Part shown: one piece after another, positions 1 to 8,753 of the stretch
Numbering within the stretch: position 1 is the stretch's first letter
How the letters are laid out: the number at the start of each line of letters is the position of its first letter
Notes under the pieces: model-generated
Told to the model about the DNA's origin: nothing
What the model saw: the letters and a program-made list of their open reading frames with translations, nothing else
The model's database searches: none
Assembly: GCA_032123355.1 (NCBI GenBank)
Contig: JAQBFM010000060.1
Location: forward strand, 1-51,189
From: Lentisphaerales bacterium
Lineage (GTDB): Bacteria; Verrucomicrobiota; Kiritimatiellia; SPBP01
Length of the DNA: 51,189 bases
Direction of reading: 5' to 3'
Made by a program: the position numbers and the translations under genes

Positions 1-1
1 T

Positions 2-181
2 GTAGCGCTGTACGTGAAGGATATCACTAACAAGTGCTACTGCCCGGGTGCAGCGGGTGCGGACAGGTCATTCAGCAATTCTTACACGATCAGCGCCGTG
101 GGAACTGATCCGCTCTGCAAGATTGGCACCAATGCTGGTGACAATCACATCCTGACGTATAAGATGGGCAGCACAAACTGA
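2..181 (+). CDS. 3' fragment of probable type IV pilin/pseudopilin (5' end outside window)
   Basis: Frame 2 reads VALYVKDITNKCYCPGAAGADRSFSNSYTISAVGTDPLCKIGTNAGDNHILTYKMGSTN* (TGA 179-181). The CP...Y.I..VGT.P.C...H.L pattern resembles C-termini of small prepilins; followed by a terminator and next to a pilus locus. Prepilin cleavage motif not visible. Confidence 0.55.
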   Translation, partial: VALYVKDITNKCYCPGAAGADRSFSNSYTISAVGTDPLCKIGTNAGDNHILTYKMGSTN

Positions 182-198
182 AGTATAAGATGGGCAGC
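157..198 (+). repeat. 16-bp perfect direct repeat GTATAAGATGGGCAGC (157-172 and 183-198)
   Basis: Read directly; copies separated by 10 bp that contain the stop codon. Confidence 0.9.
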
Positions 199-224
199 TA
201 ATTCGCTGTTGAAGTCTGAGTAGA

Positions 225-258
225 CGGGGCCGCACTGAAAAGTGCGGCCTCGTTGTTT
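225..258 (+). terminator. Rho-independent terminator
   Basis: Stem CGGGGCCGCACT / AGTGCGGCCTCG with GAAA loop followed by TTGTTT; lies between convergent genes. Confidence 0.8.
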
Positions 259-309
259 ATGGGTTTCAACCAGAGCGTTGAGTTAATGGGAAAAAAGCGG
301 AGGGGAAAA

Positions 310-1512
310 TCAGATGTCGAGAATTCGGCTTTCTTTGCCGGATGCGGTTCTGCCGTCAAGGTATGGAGTTGTGCGGTATTCATTCGTCGCATTGAGCTTG
401 TGGAGGGTGGCGGCGAGGGATTCGGCTGCCTCGAGGCAGGACCCAACCAGTTCCTGGACCTTCTCGTCGGTTTTGGTGGAGTGACGTTTCATTATCCCAA
501 GATTTGCGAGCAGAACTGTCGCAGGTTGCCCGAGATGATGACACGCTGCACCAAGACTCTCGAGCATTACGCGATGACGTTCCGCATCGCGCTCGGCTTC
601 GTCGGCGCGTTTTCGATCGCTGAAATCGACCAGGGAAAAGACCATGCCGGTAAGCTCGCCGTCGGCATCGGTGTTGCAGGCGGCGGTGACCTGCACGGAG
701 AACTGAGACCCGTCGGCCCTGGTGGCCACGAATTCGCGTATCCAGGTTCCATCTTCGTCGATAACCGATTGAAGCAGGTTGGCATCCTGAGCCTGCGGCT
801 CCCACAGGGAAGACACATGGCGGCCGACGAAGTCTGCGGGGTCTTCGTGACTCCACATCGCGGAAACGGCGGGGTTCGTATAGACAATCTTGGCGTCCAG
901 ATCGGTAATGAGAATGCCGCTTCGCGAGTTCTGAATGGCGTTGTGCTCGACACGTAGTTTCTCTTCGGCTTGCCTGCGCAGGGTCACGTCCCGGACGAAG
1001 AAACACAGGAAATCCTGGCCGGATAACGGCAACTGGTTTACCGCGATTTCGGCTGGGAAGAAAGTTCCGTTCTTGCGGGCACAGTAACAGGCTTCGATGA
1101 GTACGAAACGCTCTACAAGATTCTCCCTGATCTTTGTGACAAGGGACTCGTCGGAGCCGGAGACAATATCGAGAATGCTCAGCTTAAGAAGTTCGTCAGT
1201 TTCGTAGAGAAAGAACTGGATGGCGCGGACGTTGCCGTCGACAATCCTCCCGGTCATATCGGTTATAAGCGCGGCATCGTAGACGCTCTGGAGGAGTTCC
1301 TGGAAATCATCACTCCCAATCTGCGTTTGGATTTGCTCGTCGGTTGAGCTCAGTTTTTCGTCGATTCGGCTTCTTGCTCGCCTTGTGATGATGCGTTTGG
1401 ACTTGGCGGCAGGCGCTGTCGGAACGGCCTCGGTCAAGGCATCCGGTGCGATGTCGATGCGCATCGTACGAGATAACCGTTCTTGCTGTCCGCCTTGGCC
1501 TGGATCCTGCAC
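310..1512 (-). CDS. PAS-PAS protein with C-terminal HisKA-like helices and no HATPase domain
   Basis: Two PAS/PAC repeats (RKNGTFFPAEI...FVRDVTLRRQAEE; RADGSQFSVQV...DFSDRKRADE), then LGAACHHLGQPATVL H-box-like motif; protein ends about 60 aa later. Confidence 0.8.
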   Translation of the reverse strand: MQDPGQGGQQERLSRTMRIDIAPDALTEAVPTAPAAKSKRIITRRARSRIDEKLSSTDEQIQTQIGSDDFQELLQSVYDAALITDMTGRIVDGNVRAIQFFLYETDELLKLSILDIVSGSDESLVTKIRENLVERFVLIEACYCARKNGTFFPAEIAVNQLPLSGQDFLCFFVRDVTLRRQAEEKLRVEHNAIQNSRSGILITDLDAKIVYTNPAVSAMWSHEDPADFVGRHVSSLWEPQAQDANLLQSVIDEDGTWIREFVATRADGSQFSVQVTAACNTDADGELTGMVFSLVDFSDRKRADEAERDAERHRVMLESLGAACHHLGQPATVLLANLGIMKRHSTKTDEKVQELVGSCLEAAESLAATLHKLNATNEYRTTPYLDGRTASGKESRILDI

Positions 1513-1542
1513 TGTTCTGACTCCTTCAATGCCGCTCGCTTG

Positions 1543-3264
1543 CTATTCGCCGCCGCCTGTTACCCGTAGAGCTGTTTCTAAACTTGTGTCGCCGGACTTG
1601 ACTCTTTCCAGACCGGCGGTCTGGAGAGGAATCATCCCCTTCTCAATGGCCTTTTCCCTGATTTCGTCGGCCATAAGCTGCTGAACAATTGCTGCCCTGA
1701 TTTCGTCGTCGATCGGCAGCACCTCCATGATGGCCGCCCGCCCTTTGAAGCCAATGTTGTTGCATTTTGGGCAGCCCTTCGGACCGTATAAAGTGAAACC
1801 GCTGAGCGTTGCCGGATCCACAGCGTTGTCTTCCAGGAATCGCAGATCAGGTTCGACCGGAACTTTGCAGACGGGACAGAGCCTCCGATACAACCGCTGA
1901 GCTTGGGTCAAAATGATCGAAGAGGCAAGCAAGAATGGTTCCATACCCATATCAAGCAGACGGGTTATAGTTCCGGCCGCGTCGTTGGCGTGCAAAGTGG
2001 TAAGAACCAGATGGCCCGTAAGCGCCGCCTTGATAGCTATCTCGCAGCTCTCTGCGTCACGGATTTCACCAATAAGAACAATGTCGGGGTCCTGTCGGAG
2101 AATGGCTCGAAGCGCTGCGGCAAAGGTACAGCCAGTGCCTTCGCTTATCTTGACCTGGATGATGCCGGGAAGCTGGAACTCGACGGGATCCTCGCACGTT
2201 ACGAGGTTCACATCAGTCTTGTTGAGTTCCTGGATGCAGGAGTAGAGCGTCGTGGTTTTGCCGCTGCCGGTTGGTCCGGTTACCAGGATAATGCCGTGCG
2301 GCTGTTCAATCGCGTAGGCGAGAGCATTGTGGGCGCGTTCCTCCAGTTCGAGAGCGGCGAGGCTCGGGAAGAGAGAACTGCTGTCGAGCGTTCTCATGAC
2401 CACCTTGCCGCCGTGGATCGTGGGCAACACGCTGACTCGCACGTCGATGGCCTTGCCCAGCGTCTTGATTCGGAACCGGCCATCCTGGGGTATTCGATGC
2501 TCCCCAATGTCGAGGTCGGCCATGATCTTTACCCTCGAAATGAGCGCCGATTGAATACTCTTGGGCAGGTTGGGCCGCTCGATGAGGACCCCGTCCACAC
2601 GGTATCGGAGACGGACATAGTCCTCCTGGGGTTCGAGGTGAATGTCGTTTGCGGCAAGTCTCACGGATTCGATGAGAATCATGTTGACCATGCGGATGAC
2701 GGGTCCCTCCTGGGCACCGTCCCTCATATCCTCGAGGCTCTGCACGTCGCCTTCTTCTTGCGTTCCGACTTCGAGCTCGCTGTCTACGCCCTTCATTATG
2801 TCTTCCATATCAAGCTGGTCCGCATCCTGGGCCCTCGAACGTTGCAGGATTCTTGCGATGTCATCTTCGGAGGCGGCCACCGGCGCTATTTCCAGACCGG
2901 TAATGATATGCAACTCGTCAATGGCCGTGATGTCAAATGGGTCGCCCATCGCAACGGTCAGCATCTTGCCGAGCCGTGCCACCGGTATGGCTTTGAATCG
3001 GGCCAGAACATCAATCGGAACGAGTTCCGCGAGCTGCTCGTCGAACGCGAAATGGGCAAGAGACATGGGGGGGATGCCGAGGTACTCCGAAATGGCAAGA
3101 GTGACCTGATCATCAGGTATGAGGTCGTTGGCCAGGAGGTATCTCTCAAGAGTGACCCCCGTTGCCGTTGCCTGTTCATCGGCGGATTTCAACGTCTCTG
3201 TGTCGATGGAACCGCGTTTCAGCAGTATGCTCGACAGTTTGCCCAGTTGAGAACTATCAGCCAT
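1543..3264 (-). CDS. pilB: Type IV pilus assembly / GspE-family ATPase (copy 2)
   Basis: DIHLEP, RIPQDGRF, Walker A GPTGSGKTTT, EDPVE, LRQDPDIVLIGEIRD, TGHLVLTTLH, Zn motif CPVC..CPKC. Confidence 0.9.
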   Translation of the reverse strand: MADSSQLGKLSSILLKRGSIDTETLKSADEQATATGVTLERYLLANDLIPDDQVTLAISEYLGIPPMSLAHFAFDEQLAELVPIDVLARFKAIPVARLGKMLTVAMGDPFDITAIDELHIITGLEIAPVAASEDDIARILQRSRAQDADQLDMEDIMKGVDSELEVGTQEEGDVQSLEDMRDGAQEGPVIRMVNMILIESVRLAANDIHLEPQEDYVRLRYRVDGVLIERPNLPKSIQSALISRVKIMADLDIGEHRIPQDGRFRIKTLGKAIDVRVSVLPTIHGGKVVMRTLDSSSLFPSLAALELEERAHNALAYAIEQPHGIILVTGPTGSGKTTTLYSCIQELNKTDVNLVTCEDPVEFQLPGIIQVKISEGTGCTFAAALRAILRQDPDIVLIGEIRDAESCEIAIKAALTGHLVLTTLHANDAAGTITRLLDMGMEPFLLASSIILTQAQRLYRRLCPVCKVPVEPDLRFLEDNAVDPATLSGFTLYGPKGCPKCNNIGFKGRAAIMEVLPIDDEIRAAIVQQLMADEIREKAIEKGMIPLQTAGLERVKSGDTSLETALRVTGGGE

Positions 3265-3276
3265 ATGACCGTAACC

Positions 3277-5013
3277 TCACTCGCTCCCGCCGGTGACTTC
3301 CAGGGCGGCGTCAATGCTTGTGATGCCTTCTCTCGCCTTGAGCAGGCCAATATCCCTCAGCATGATCATCCCTTTCTTCGCGGCCATTCCAGCTATTTCC
3401 CTGGAGCTGATGCCCTTCAGGATGCCCCTTCTGATCTCCTTGTCGATTCGTAGCACTTCCATGATGGCCAGTCGGCCCTTGAAGCCGCCACCATGGCATT
3501 TGGGACAACCTTTGGCTTCATACACGGTGCAACCGTCAAAGATCTTGGGATCTATTCCGTACAACTTCAGTTTCTTGAGAGGGAGGGATTTAATCTTAGT
3601 CTTGCATGCGGCGCAAAGCTTCCTGACCAACCGCTGTGCCTGGGCGAGAATCAGAGACGAGGCGAGCAGCGACGGTTCGACACCCATGTCGATCATGCGG
3701 GTAATTGCTCCAGGAGCGTCATTGGTGTGGAGAGTGCTCAGAACCAGGTGCCCCGTCAGTGCCGCCTTGACACCGATTTCGGCCGTTTCGCTGTCGCGTG
3801 TTTCACCCACCAGAATGATGTCGGGGCTCTGCCTCAGCACGGATCGAAGGGCGGAGGCAAAAGTCAGGCCCACGAACGAATTGATCTGCACCTGGTTGAT
3901 TCCCTCAAGCTGATACTCGACCGGGTCTTCACAGGTGACGATATTGACTTCCGGTTTGTTGAGCTCCTGCAAGCAGGAATAAAGTGTTGTTGTCTTTCCA
4001 CTGCCCGTGGGACCGGTAACGAGAAGTATGCCGTGCGGCTGGGAGATAGCGTGTTTCATGGTGCGATATGCGGTTTCATCCAACCCGAGCGCTGCAAGAT
4101 TCGGCATAAGAGATGATCTGTCGAGAATACGCATCACCACTTTTTCCCCGAAGATCGTAGGTAACGTATTGACGCGAAGATCCACTTCCTTGCCCAATGC
4201 CCTTATCTTGATGCGACCGTCTTGGGGAATCCTGCGTTCCGCGATGTCCATTCCGGACATGAGCTTCATGCGGGAAAGCACGGCTCCCTGAAGGTTCTTG
4301 GGCGGGCTCGGACTCTCCAGGAGAGAACCGTCAATGCGGTAACGTAGTCGGATCGCCTTCTCCTGCGGCTCCAGGTGAATGTCGCTGGCGCCCGTTCTGA
4401 GGGCTTCCAGGAGAATCACATTGACCATGCGTACGACCGGTGCGCCCTCGGCGCTTTCGATCATCATCTCAATGTTCTGGTTGTCATCGTCGTCTTGCGC
4501 CGGTTCATGCCCGATTTCCAGGTCTGAGTCGGCATCCTTGAGAATATCCTCTATTCCGGTTCCAGTCGACTCGTCGGGGAAGAACCTCTCAAGCGCTTCG
4601 GCTATTTCCTGCTCTGAGGCCACCAACGGAGTCACCTCGAGGCCCGTAAGCGTGTGCAGTTCGTCGAGTGCAAACATATCGAACGCATCTCCGAGAGCTA
4701 TTGTCAGGCTGCCTCCGCAACGGGATACCGGGAAGGCCAGGTGCCTGAGAAGAATATCGCGGGGTATGAGCTTGACCAGTTGATCGTCGGGAGTGAAATG
4801 GGCCAGCCGGATTGGAGTCATTCTGAGATACTCAGAGATGGCCAGGGTCATCTCTGCCGGAGGCACAATTCTCTTCGTAACCAGATGCTTTTCGAGAAGA
4901 ATGCCCGCACCTTTTGCGTCTTCGCCCGCCGCATCAAGCTGTTCACGGTTAATTATCCCCTTCTTCATGAGGATATTGCCGATTGCTTCGCTATAGCCCT
5001 TCTTGGCGGCCAT
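3277..5013 (-). CDS. pilB: Type IV pilus assembly / GspE-family ATPase (copy 1)
   Basis: ASDIHLEP, RRIPQDGRI, GPTGSGKTTT, EDPVE, LRQSPDIILVGETRD, TGHLVLSTLHTND, CAAC..CPKC. Confidence 0.9.
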   Translation of the reverse strand: MAAKKGYSEAIGNILMKKGIINREQLDAAGEDAKGAGILLEKHLVTKRIVPPAEMTLAISEYLRMTPIRLAHFTPDDQLVKLIPRDILLRHLAFPVSRCGGSLTIALGDAFDMFALDELHTLTGLEVTPLVASEQEIAEALERFFPDESTGTGIEDILKDADSDLEIGHEPAQDDDDNQNIEMMIESAEGAPVVRMVNVILLEALRTGASDIHLEPQEKAIRLRYRIDGSLLESPSPPKNLQGAVLSRMKLMSGMDIAERRIPQDGRIKIRALGKEVDLRVNTLPTIFGEKVVMRILDRSSLMPNLAALGLDETAYRTMKHAISQPHGILLVTGPTGSGKTTTLYSCLQELNKPEVNIVTCEDPVEYQLEGINQVQINSFVGLTFASALRSVLRQSPDIILVGETRDSETAEIGVKAALTGHLVLSTLHTNDAPGAITRMIDMGVEPSLLASSLILAQAQRLVRKLCAACKTKIKSLPLKKLKLYGIDPKIFDGCTVYEAKGCPKCHGGGFKGRLAIMEVLRIDKEIRRGILKGISSREIAGMAAKKGMIMLRDIGLLKAREGITSIDAALEVTGGSE

Positions 5014-5241
5014 GGAAATAACCCCCGCGAAGAAGAATACACGTCGTCTGCCCCGAATATTCTAATTCTCCGCTATTATGCATGTGCTCACTGCGTGTTG
5101 CCAGCAAAATCATCGCGACTCAGTCATTCCTGGTCGCGATGATTTTGCCTGCGGGCAGGAGCCATGGAAGTTGGGAACGACGCAATTGTGATCGAGAAGT
5201 GCTTTACAGGACAGCAAAGAGCGGATAATAATTGAAGCACT

Positions 5242-6300
5242 ATGGCTGCGGTGGACTTATCTCAGATCAAGGCGATGGTCGGGCGACTCAAACGCAGGCC
5301 CGTCGATGTGCTGGGCCTTGATCTTGCCAGTTCCGGGGTCAAAGCGGTCAGGCTCAAGAAGATCGGGGAGCAAATTTCCGTCGTGGCAGCGGACATATTG
5401 CCTGCCGTCCGCCTCCCGGAGTTGGGGCAGGACGCGGCCGGAGAGATACCGGCACTTGAATTGCCGAAAGAGTTTCAGAGCAAACATGCGTCTCTGGCTC
5501 TGTCAGGCGAGAACTCCGTTGTGAAATTGCTGAATTTTCCGGCCCACGGAGGCAATCTCGCAGAGGAGGTAGAGTCACGAATCGTCGAGAGCATGGGGCT
5601 TGAGGATGCCGAACAGTACAGGATCGGATACAAGATAGTCACCGAAGGTCACGGGAAGGCTGAGTCGCGCGTTCTTGCTGTAGCCGTTCCCGATATTACC
5701 GCTGCCGCGGCTTGCAGCCTTATTCCAATCGGATTGCCGGCTCCGTTTTCTATCGAAGTGTCGGGCCTTGCTACGATGACAGCGTTTCTGGCCGGTCCCG
5801 GCGCAGAGCCTTCCGACGAAGCCTGCGGATTGCTGGAGTTTGGTGCCAAGGTGAGCTATTTCGCGATATTTCGCGGTGGCGTACCGTTGCTGATCCGCAA
5901 GTTTGATTTCGGGTCGAACGCCATTCTGGAGAGCGTACAGAAGTCGCTTGGAATTGACCGCGCTACGGCCGAAGGGATTCTCTGCGACGGATCTTTCGAC
6001 GTTTCTCAACAGGTGGGCGAAACTCTGAATAGCGTGACAAAACAAGTCATTATCTCACGCGATTTTGTTGAACGGCGAGAGAATTGCCACGTGAGCAAGG
6101 TGTTTGCGTGCGGTGGGGTTACAAGGTCGCGCGACTTGCTGCTGGAAATGAAGTCCGCGCTTGGCTTTGATGTGAACTCGTGGAATCCGTTCGACGCCGT
6201 CGCCGCGGATGCCGGAAGCATTCCAGAGCAGTATCAGGGGAGTGAGGATCGTTTTGCAGCAGCTTTGGGTGCGGCCATCGCGACGCTTCAGGAGACATAG
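5242..6300 (+). CDS. pilM: Type IV pilus assembly protein PilM (actin-like)
   Basis: LGLDLASSGVKAV N-terminal motif, ACGG motif, NPF...FAAALGAA C-terminus; first gene of an M-N-O-P-Q-like run. Confidence 0.85.
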   Translation: MAAVDLSQIKAMVGRLKRRPVDVLGLDLASSGVKAVRLKKIGEQISVVAADILPAVRLPELGQDAAGEIPALELPKEFQSKHASLALSGENSVVKLLNFPAHGGNLAEEVESRIVESMGLEDAEQYRIGYKIVTEGHGKAESRVLAVAVPDITAAAACSLIPIGLPAPFSIEVSGLATMTAFLAGPGAEPSDEACGLLEFGAKVSYFAIFRGGVPLLIRKFDFGSNAILESVQKSLGIDRATAEGILCDGSFDVSQQVGETLNSVTKQVIISRDFVERRENCHVSKVFACGGVTRSRDLLLEMKSALGFDVNSWNPFDAVAADAGSIPEQYQGSEDRFAAALGAAIATLQET

Positions 6301-6309
6301 GGATCGGAC

Positions 6310-6951
6310 ATGAATAATCTTCGCGTAGACGTATTGCTTGAAACCGAGCGCAGGAGTACCAGCCCGGTCAGCCTCAAGTTTCTTGCACGTATTGTCGGCG
6401 GGGCAGCCGCGTCGATTGTTGCGGTTGTCATTGTGGTTCTGTTCATAAGGGCCCAGCAGGCAAAGAAAGAATTGGGCGCGCTGCAGACGGAGTGGGCTAA
6501 GACCGAAAAGCAGCACCAGAAAGTGCAGAAATACCAGACGGCGTTCAGAAACGATAAGGCCATATTTGACGAGATCGAGGGTTGGCGCGCATGCCGGATG
6601 AGTTGGCGGGAACAGCTTGATGCATTTCAACAAATCGTCCCGGACACTATTCAGCTTACTGCTCTGAGAATCGGCGAATCACTCCAATTGGTGGATGATA
6701 CGGCGGCCCTGCTCTTTTCCATGGATATCGCAGGCAGGGCGAGGGGGACGGCGCCCAGACAGGATGTGAGCAATCTGGAGCGGCGACTCCTCCGCTCACC
6801 AGGTTTTGTGGAGGTGGTCGAGTCCGCGGAGGTGAGACCGGGCTCATTTACGAAGGATCCGGCGCCTGATGCGGAGCCCCATCACCGCGTTTTTGCAATT
6901 GGCGTGAAGTTCAAACCGAGGGAATTTGTCAGTGAAACTGCCGGCAGGTAA
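6310..6951 (+). CDS. pilN: PilN-like alignment protein
   Basis: RVDVLL (INLL-like) motif, one TM helix, coiled coil, W..L..F..IVPDTIQLT; follows pilM. Confidence 0.7.
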   Translation: MNNLRVDVLLETERRSTSPVSLKFLARIVGGAAASIVAVVIVVLFIRAQQAKKELGALQTEWAKTEKQHQKVQKYQTAFRNDKAIFDEIEGWRACRMSWREQLDAFQQIVPDTIQLTALRIGESLQLVDDTAALLFSMDIAGRARGTAPRQDVSNLERRLLRSPGFVEVVESAEVRPGSFTKDPAPDAEPHHRVFAIGVKFKPREFVSETAGR

Positions 6952-7624
6952 AAGAGAACGACTCCAGATTCTTATTCTGGGCGCCATTGTCGCTGTGGGC
7001 GTCATATTCGGCCTGTTCCAGATTATATTGAAGCTTTCGAAGTCCCAGAAGGACACCAGAGGCCAGATCTCCGCGCTGGAAGAAAAATTCACGAAGGCTA
7101 ACGACGAGATTGAAAAGGCCAGGGGCATTCAGCGGAAGAGTGCGGACGTAAAGGCGGCCATCAGGAAATTCAGCGAGTCGTACGTCCTTAAGGCTCAGTT
7201 CGGCAACTATTTCCTCAACGTTCAGGACTTCCTTCGCAGGCTTGCCGTCGAAGAGGGCATAGACGATCCCCAGATAAGCGAGATAGGCCAATTGACCCTG
7301 CCTGCCAGGGATACGAAAACCAGAAGAGTATTCAGAATATACAGTGTCCAGCTGTCAGGATTCGGCGGTTACGAGGATGTGGTTGATCTCATCGGCGCTA
7401 TCGAAACGAACAACCCATATGTATTTGTGTCCGGCATAGCAATATCGGAACAGGGGGGAGACTCCGAAAGGCATTCTATCGGCTTCAGGGTGCAGTGGCC
7501 GATTTGGGAGAATCCTGACATTGTCACAAATTTCGTGGAAGACACGTCCATGGATGAAGACTTTGAAATGGAAGACGAAGACATGGAACAAGATGCGGAC
7601 ACAGCAGCAGACGACGGCGATTAG
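6926..7624 (+). CDS. pilO: PilO/GspM-like protein with acidic tail (start may be GTG 6932)
   Basis: RER + TM helix + coiled coil, GGYEDVVDLIGAIE motif; position after pilN. Confidence 0.65.
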   Translation: MSVKLPAGKRERLQILILGAIVAVGVIFGLFQIILKLSKSQKDTRGQISALEEKFTKANDEIEKARGIQRKSADVKAAIRKFSESYVLKAQFGNYFLNVQDFLRRLAVEEGIDDPQISEIGQLTLPARDTKTRRVFRIYSVQLSGFGGYEDVVDLIGAIETNNPYVFVSGIAISEQGGDSERHSIGFRVQWPIWENPDIVTNFVEDTSMDEDFEMEDEDMEQDADTAADDGD

Positions 7625-7633
7625 GAGATTCTC

Positions 7634-8227
7634 GTGAGAGGCATTTCGGCGGTGGTGGGTGCGGTGGTCGCTCTATCGGCGTGCTGTGCAATGGGGCAGG
7701 CGCCAGACATCATGTTTCCCCCGGAAGAAGCTGGTCACGGAGCCCCCCCGGGCTTTGAGCACATGGAGGAGCCCGGCATGGTGGCACCTGGGATGCAGCC
7801 GATCCCTGGCGATCAGCCGAACGTGGAAGAAGAGAGCCTGGCGGTGACCGAGGTAGCCACGCAGCCACCGCCCCAGAGGCGGTACAAGGCCAGACGACGA
7901 CGGGATCCGTTCTGGCCGATTAATCATGTTCAGGAAGTCTTGAAAGATGGCGGAGACAGCGGCCAAGCCGTATCGCCTGAGGTAAAGCGTCCCGAGAATC
8001 TCGGCAAGCCGGACTGGCAGGGGGCCGAGAAACAGATTGTGATCCAGGGGATAGTGGAGGGCCCTGGCGGCACCTTCGTGGCGCTGATCAACGAGCAAAT
8101 CGTCCAAGCAGGGGAGACCATTTCCGTGACTTTTGGTCAAAAACTGTACAGGTGGAGAATTGCATCGATAACCAGCAAGGATTCCATAAAATTCGATAGA
8201 CTTTCGGTTCGCCGTACAGGAAAGTAG
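7634..8227 (+). CDS. PilP-like exported protein
   Basis: Signal peptide, Pro-rich linker, RRRDPFWP motif, beta domain GIV..ALINEQIVQAGE; lies between pilO and the secretin. Confidence 0.6.
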   Translation: MRGISAVVGAVVALSACCAMGQAPDIMFPPEEAGHGAPPGFEHMEEPGMVAPGMQPIPGDQPNVEEESLAVTEVATQPPPQRRYKARRRRDPFWPINHVQEVLKDGGDSGQAVSPEVKRPENLGKPDWQGAEKQIVIQGIVEGPGGTFVALINEQIVQAGETISVTFGQKLYRWRIASITSKDSIKFDRLSVRRTGK

Positions 8228-8291
8228 TTGTAAGAAGAAGCCAAGCGGTTATTGTAGTCAATACGTTAGAGCTAGGCGGAGGAATGGTACA

Positions 8292-8711
8292 ATGAGACTC
8301 TTATGGAACCGGGCTTGTGCGGCTGTCGTCGTTCTTGCCCTGCTGTCGGTTCTTGTTCTTGGTGCGTGCGAGCGGAGCCTGGATACGAGTGAGCTTCAGG
8401 GCTACTTCGATGAGAATGAGTACGAATCTCTCTCTAGACCCGACCTAGACCGAGTATCCCTCACCGTATCGCCGTCGGGTAAGACCATGACCTACGACGG
8501 GCAGCAGGCAAAGCTTAGCGCAGGCGGCGGAATCGCCCCATACTCGTGGGATGTCCATGATGTCTCGCTGGGATCTATTATCGAGGACAGCGGAGCGGTC
8601 GTCATATATCGGCGGGAAACATTGGGTGACAACGTCGTGATTCTGACCGACTCTACCGGCGATCAGTCGTTCTGCGTTATCGCGCAGCCCGCGGAGGAGA
8701 CCACGGAATAA
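8292..8711 (+). CDS. Lipoprotein with Ig-like beta domain
   Basis: Lipobox-like VLGAC after hydrophobic stretch; AGGGIAPYSW motif; SD GGAGG upstream. Confidence 0.7.
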   Translation: MRLLWNRACAAVVVLALLSVLVLGACERSLDTSELQGYFDENEYESLSRPDLDRVSLTVSPSGKTMTYDGQQAKLSAGGGIAPYSWDVHDVSLGSIIEDSGAVVIYRRETLGDNVVILTDSTGDQSFCVIAQPAEETTE

Positions 8712-8753
8712 TGAGACGGAGCCTAGAACGAATAACGGATATGAACTATCCTG

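Noticed and set aside
1903-3453. 516-aa plus-strand ORF and similar long antisense ORFs (e.g. 253-957, 3293-3913, 38577-39218)
   Set aside because: Shadow ORFs opposite well-supported genes, with no recognisable motifs.
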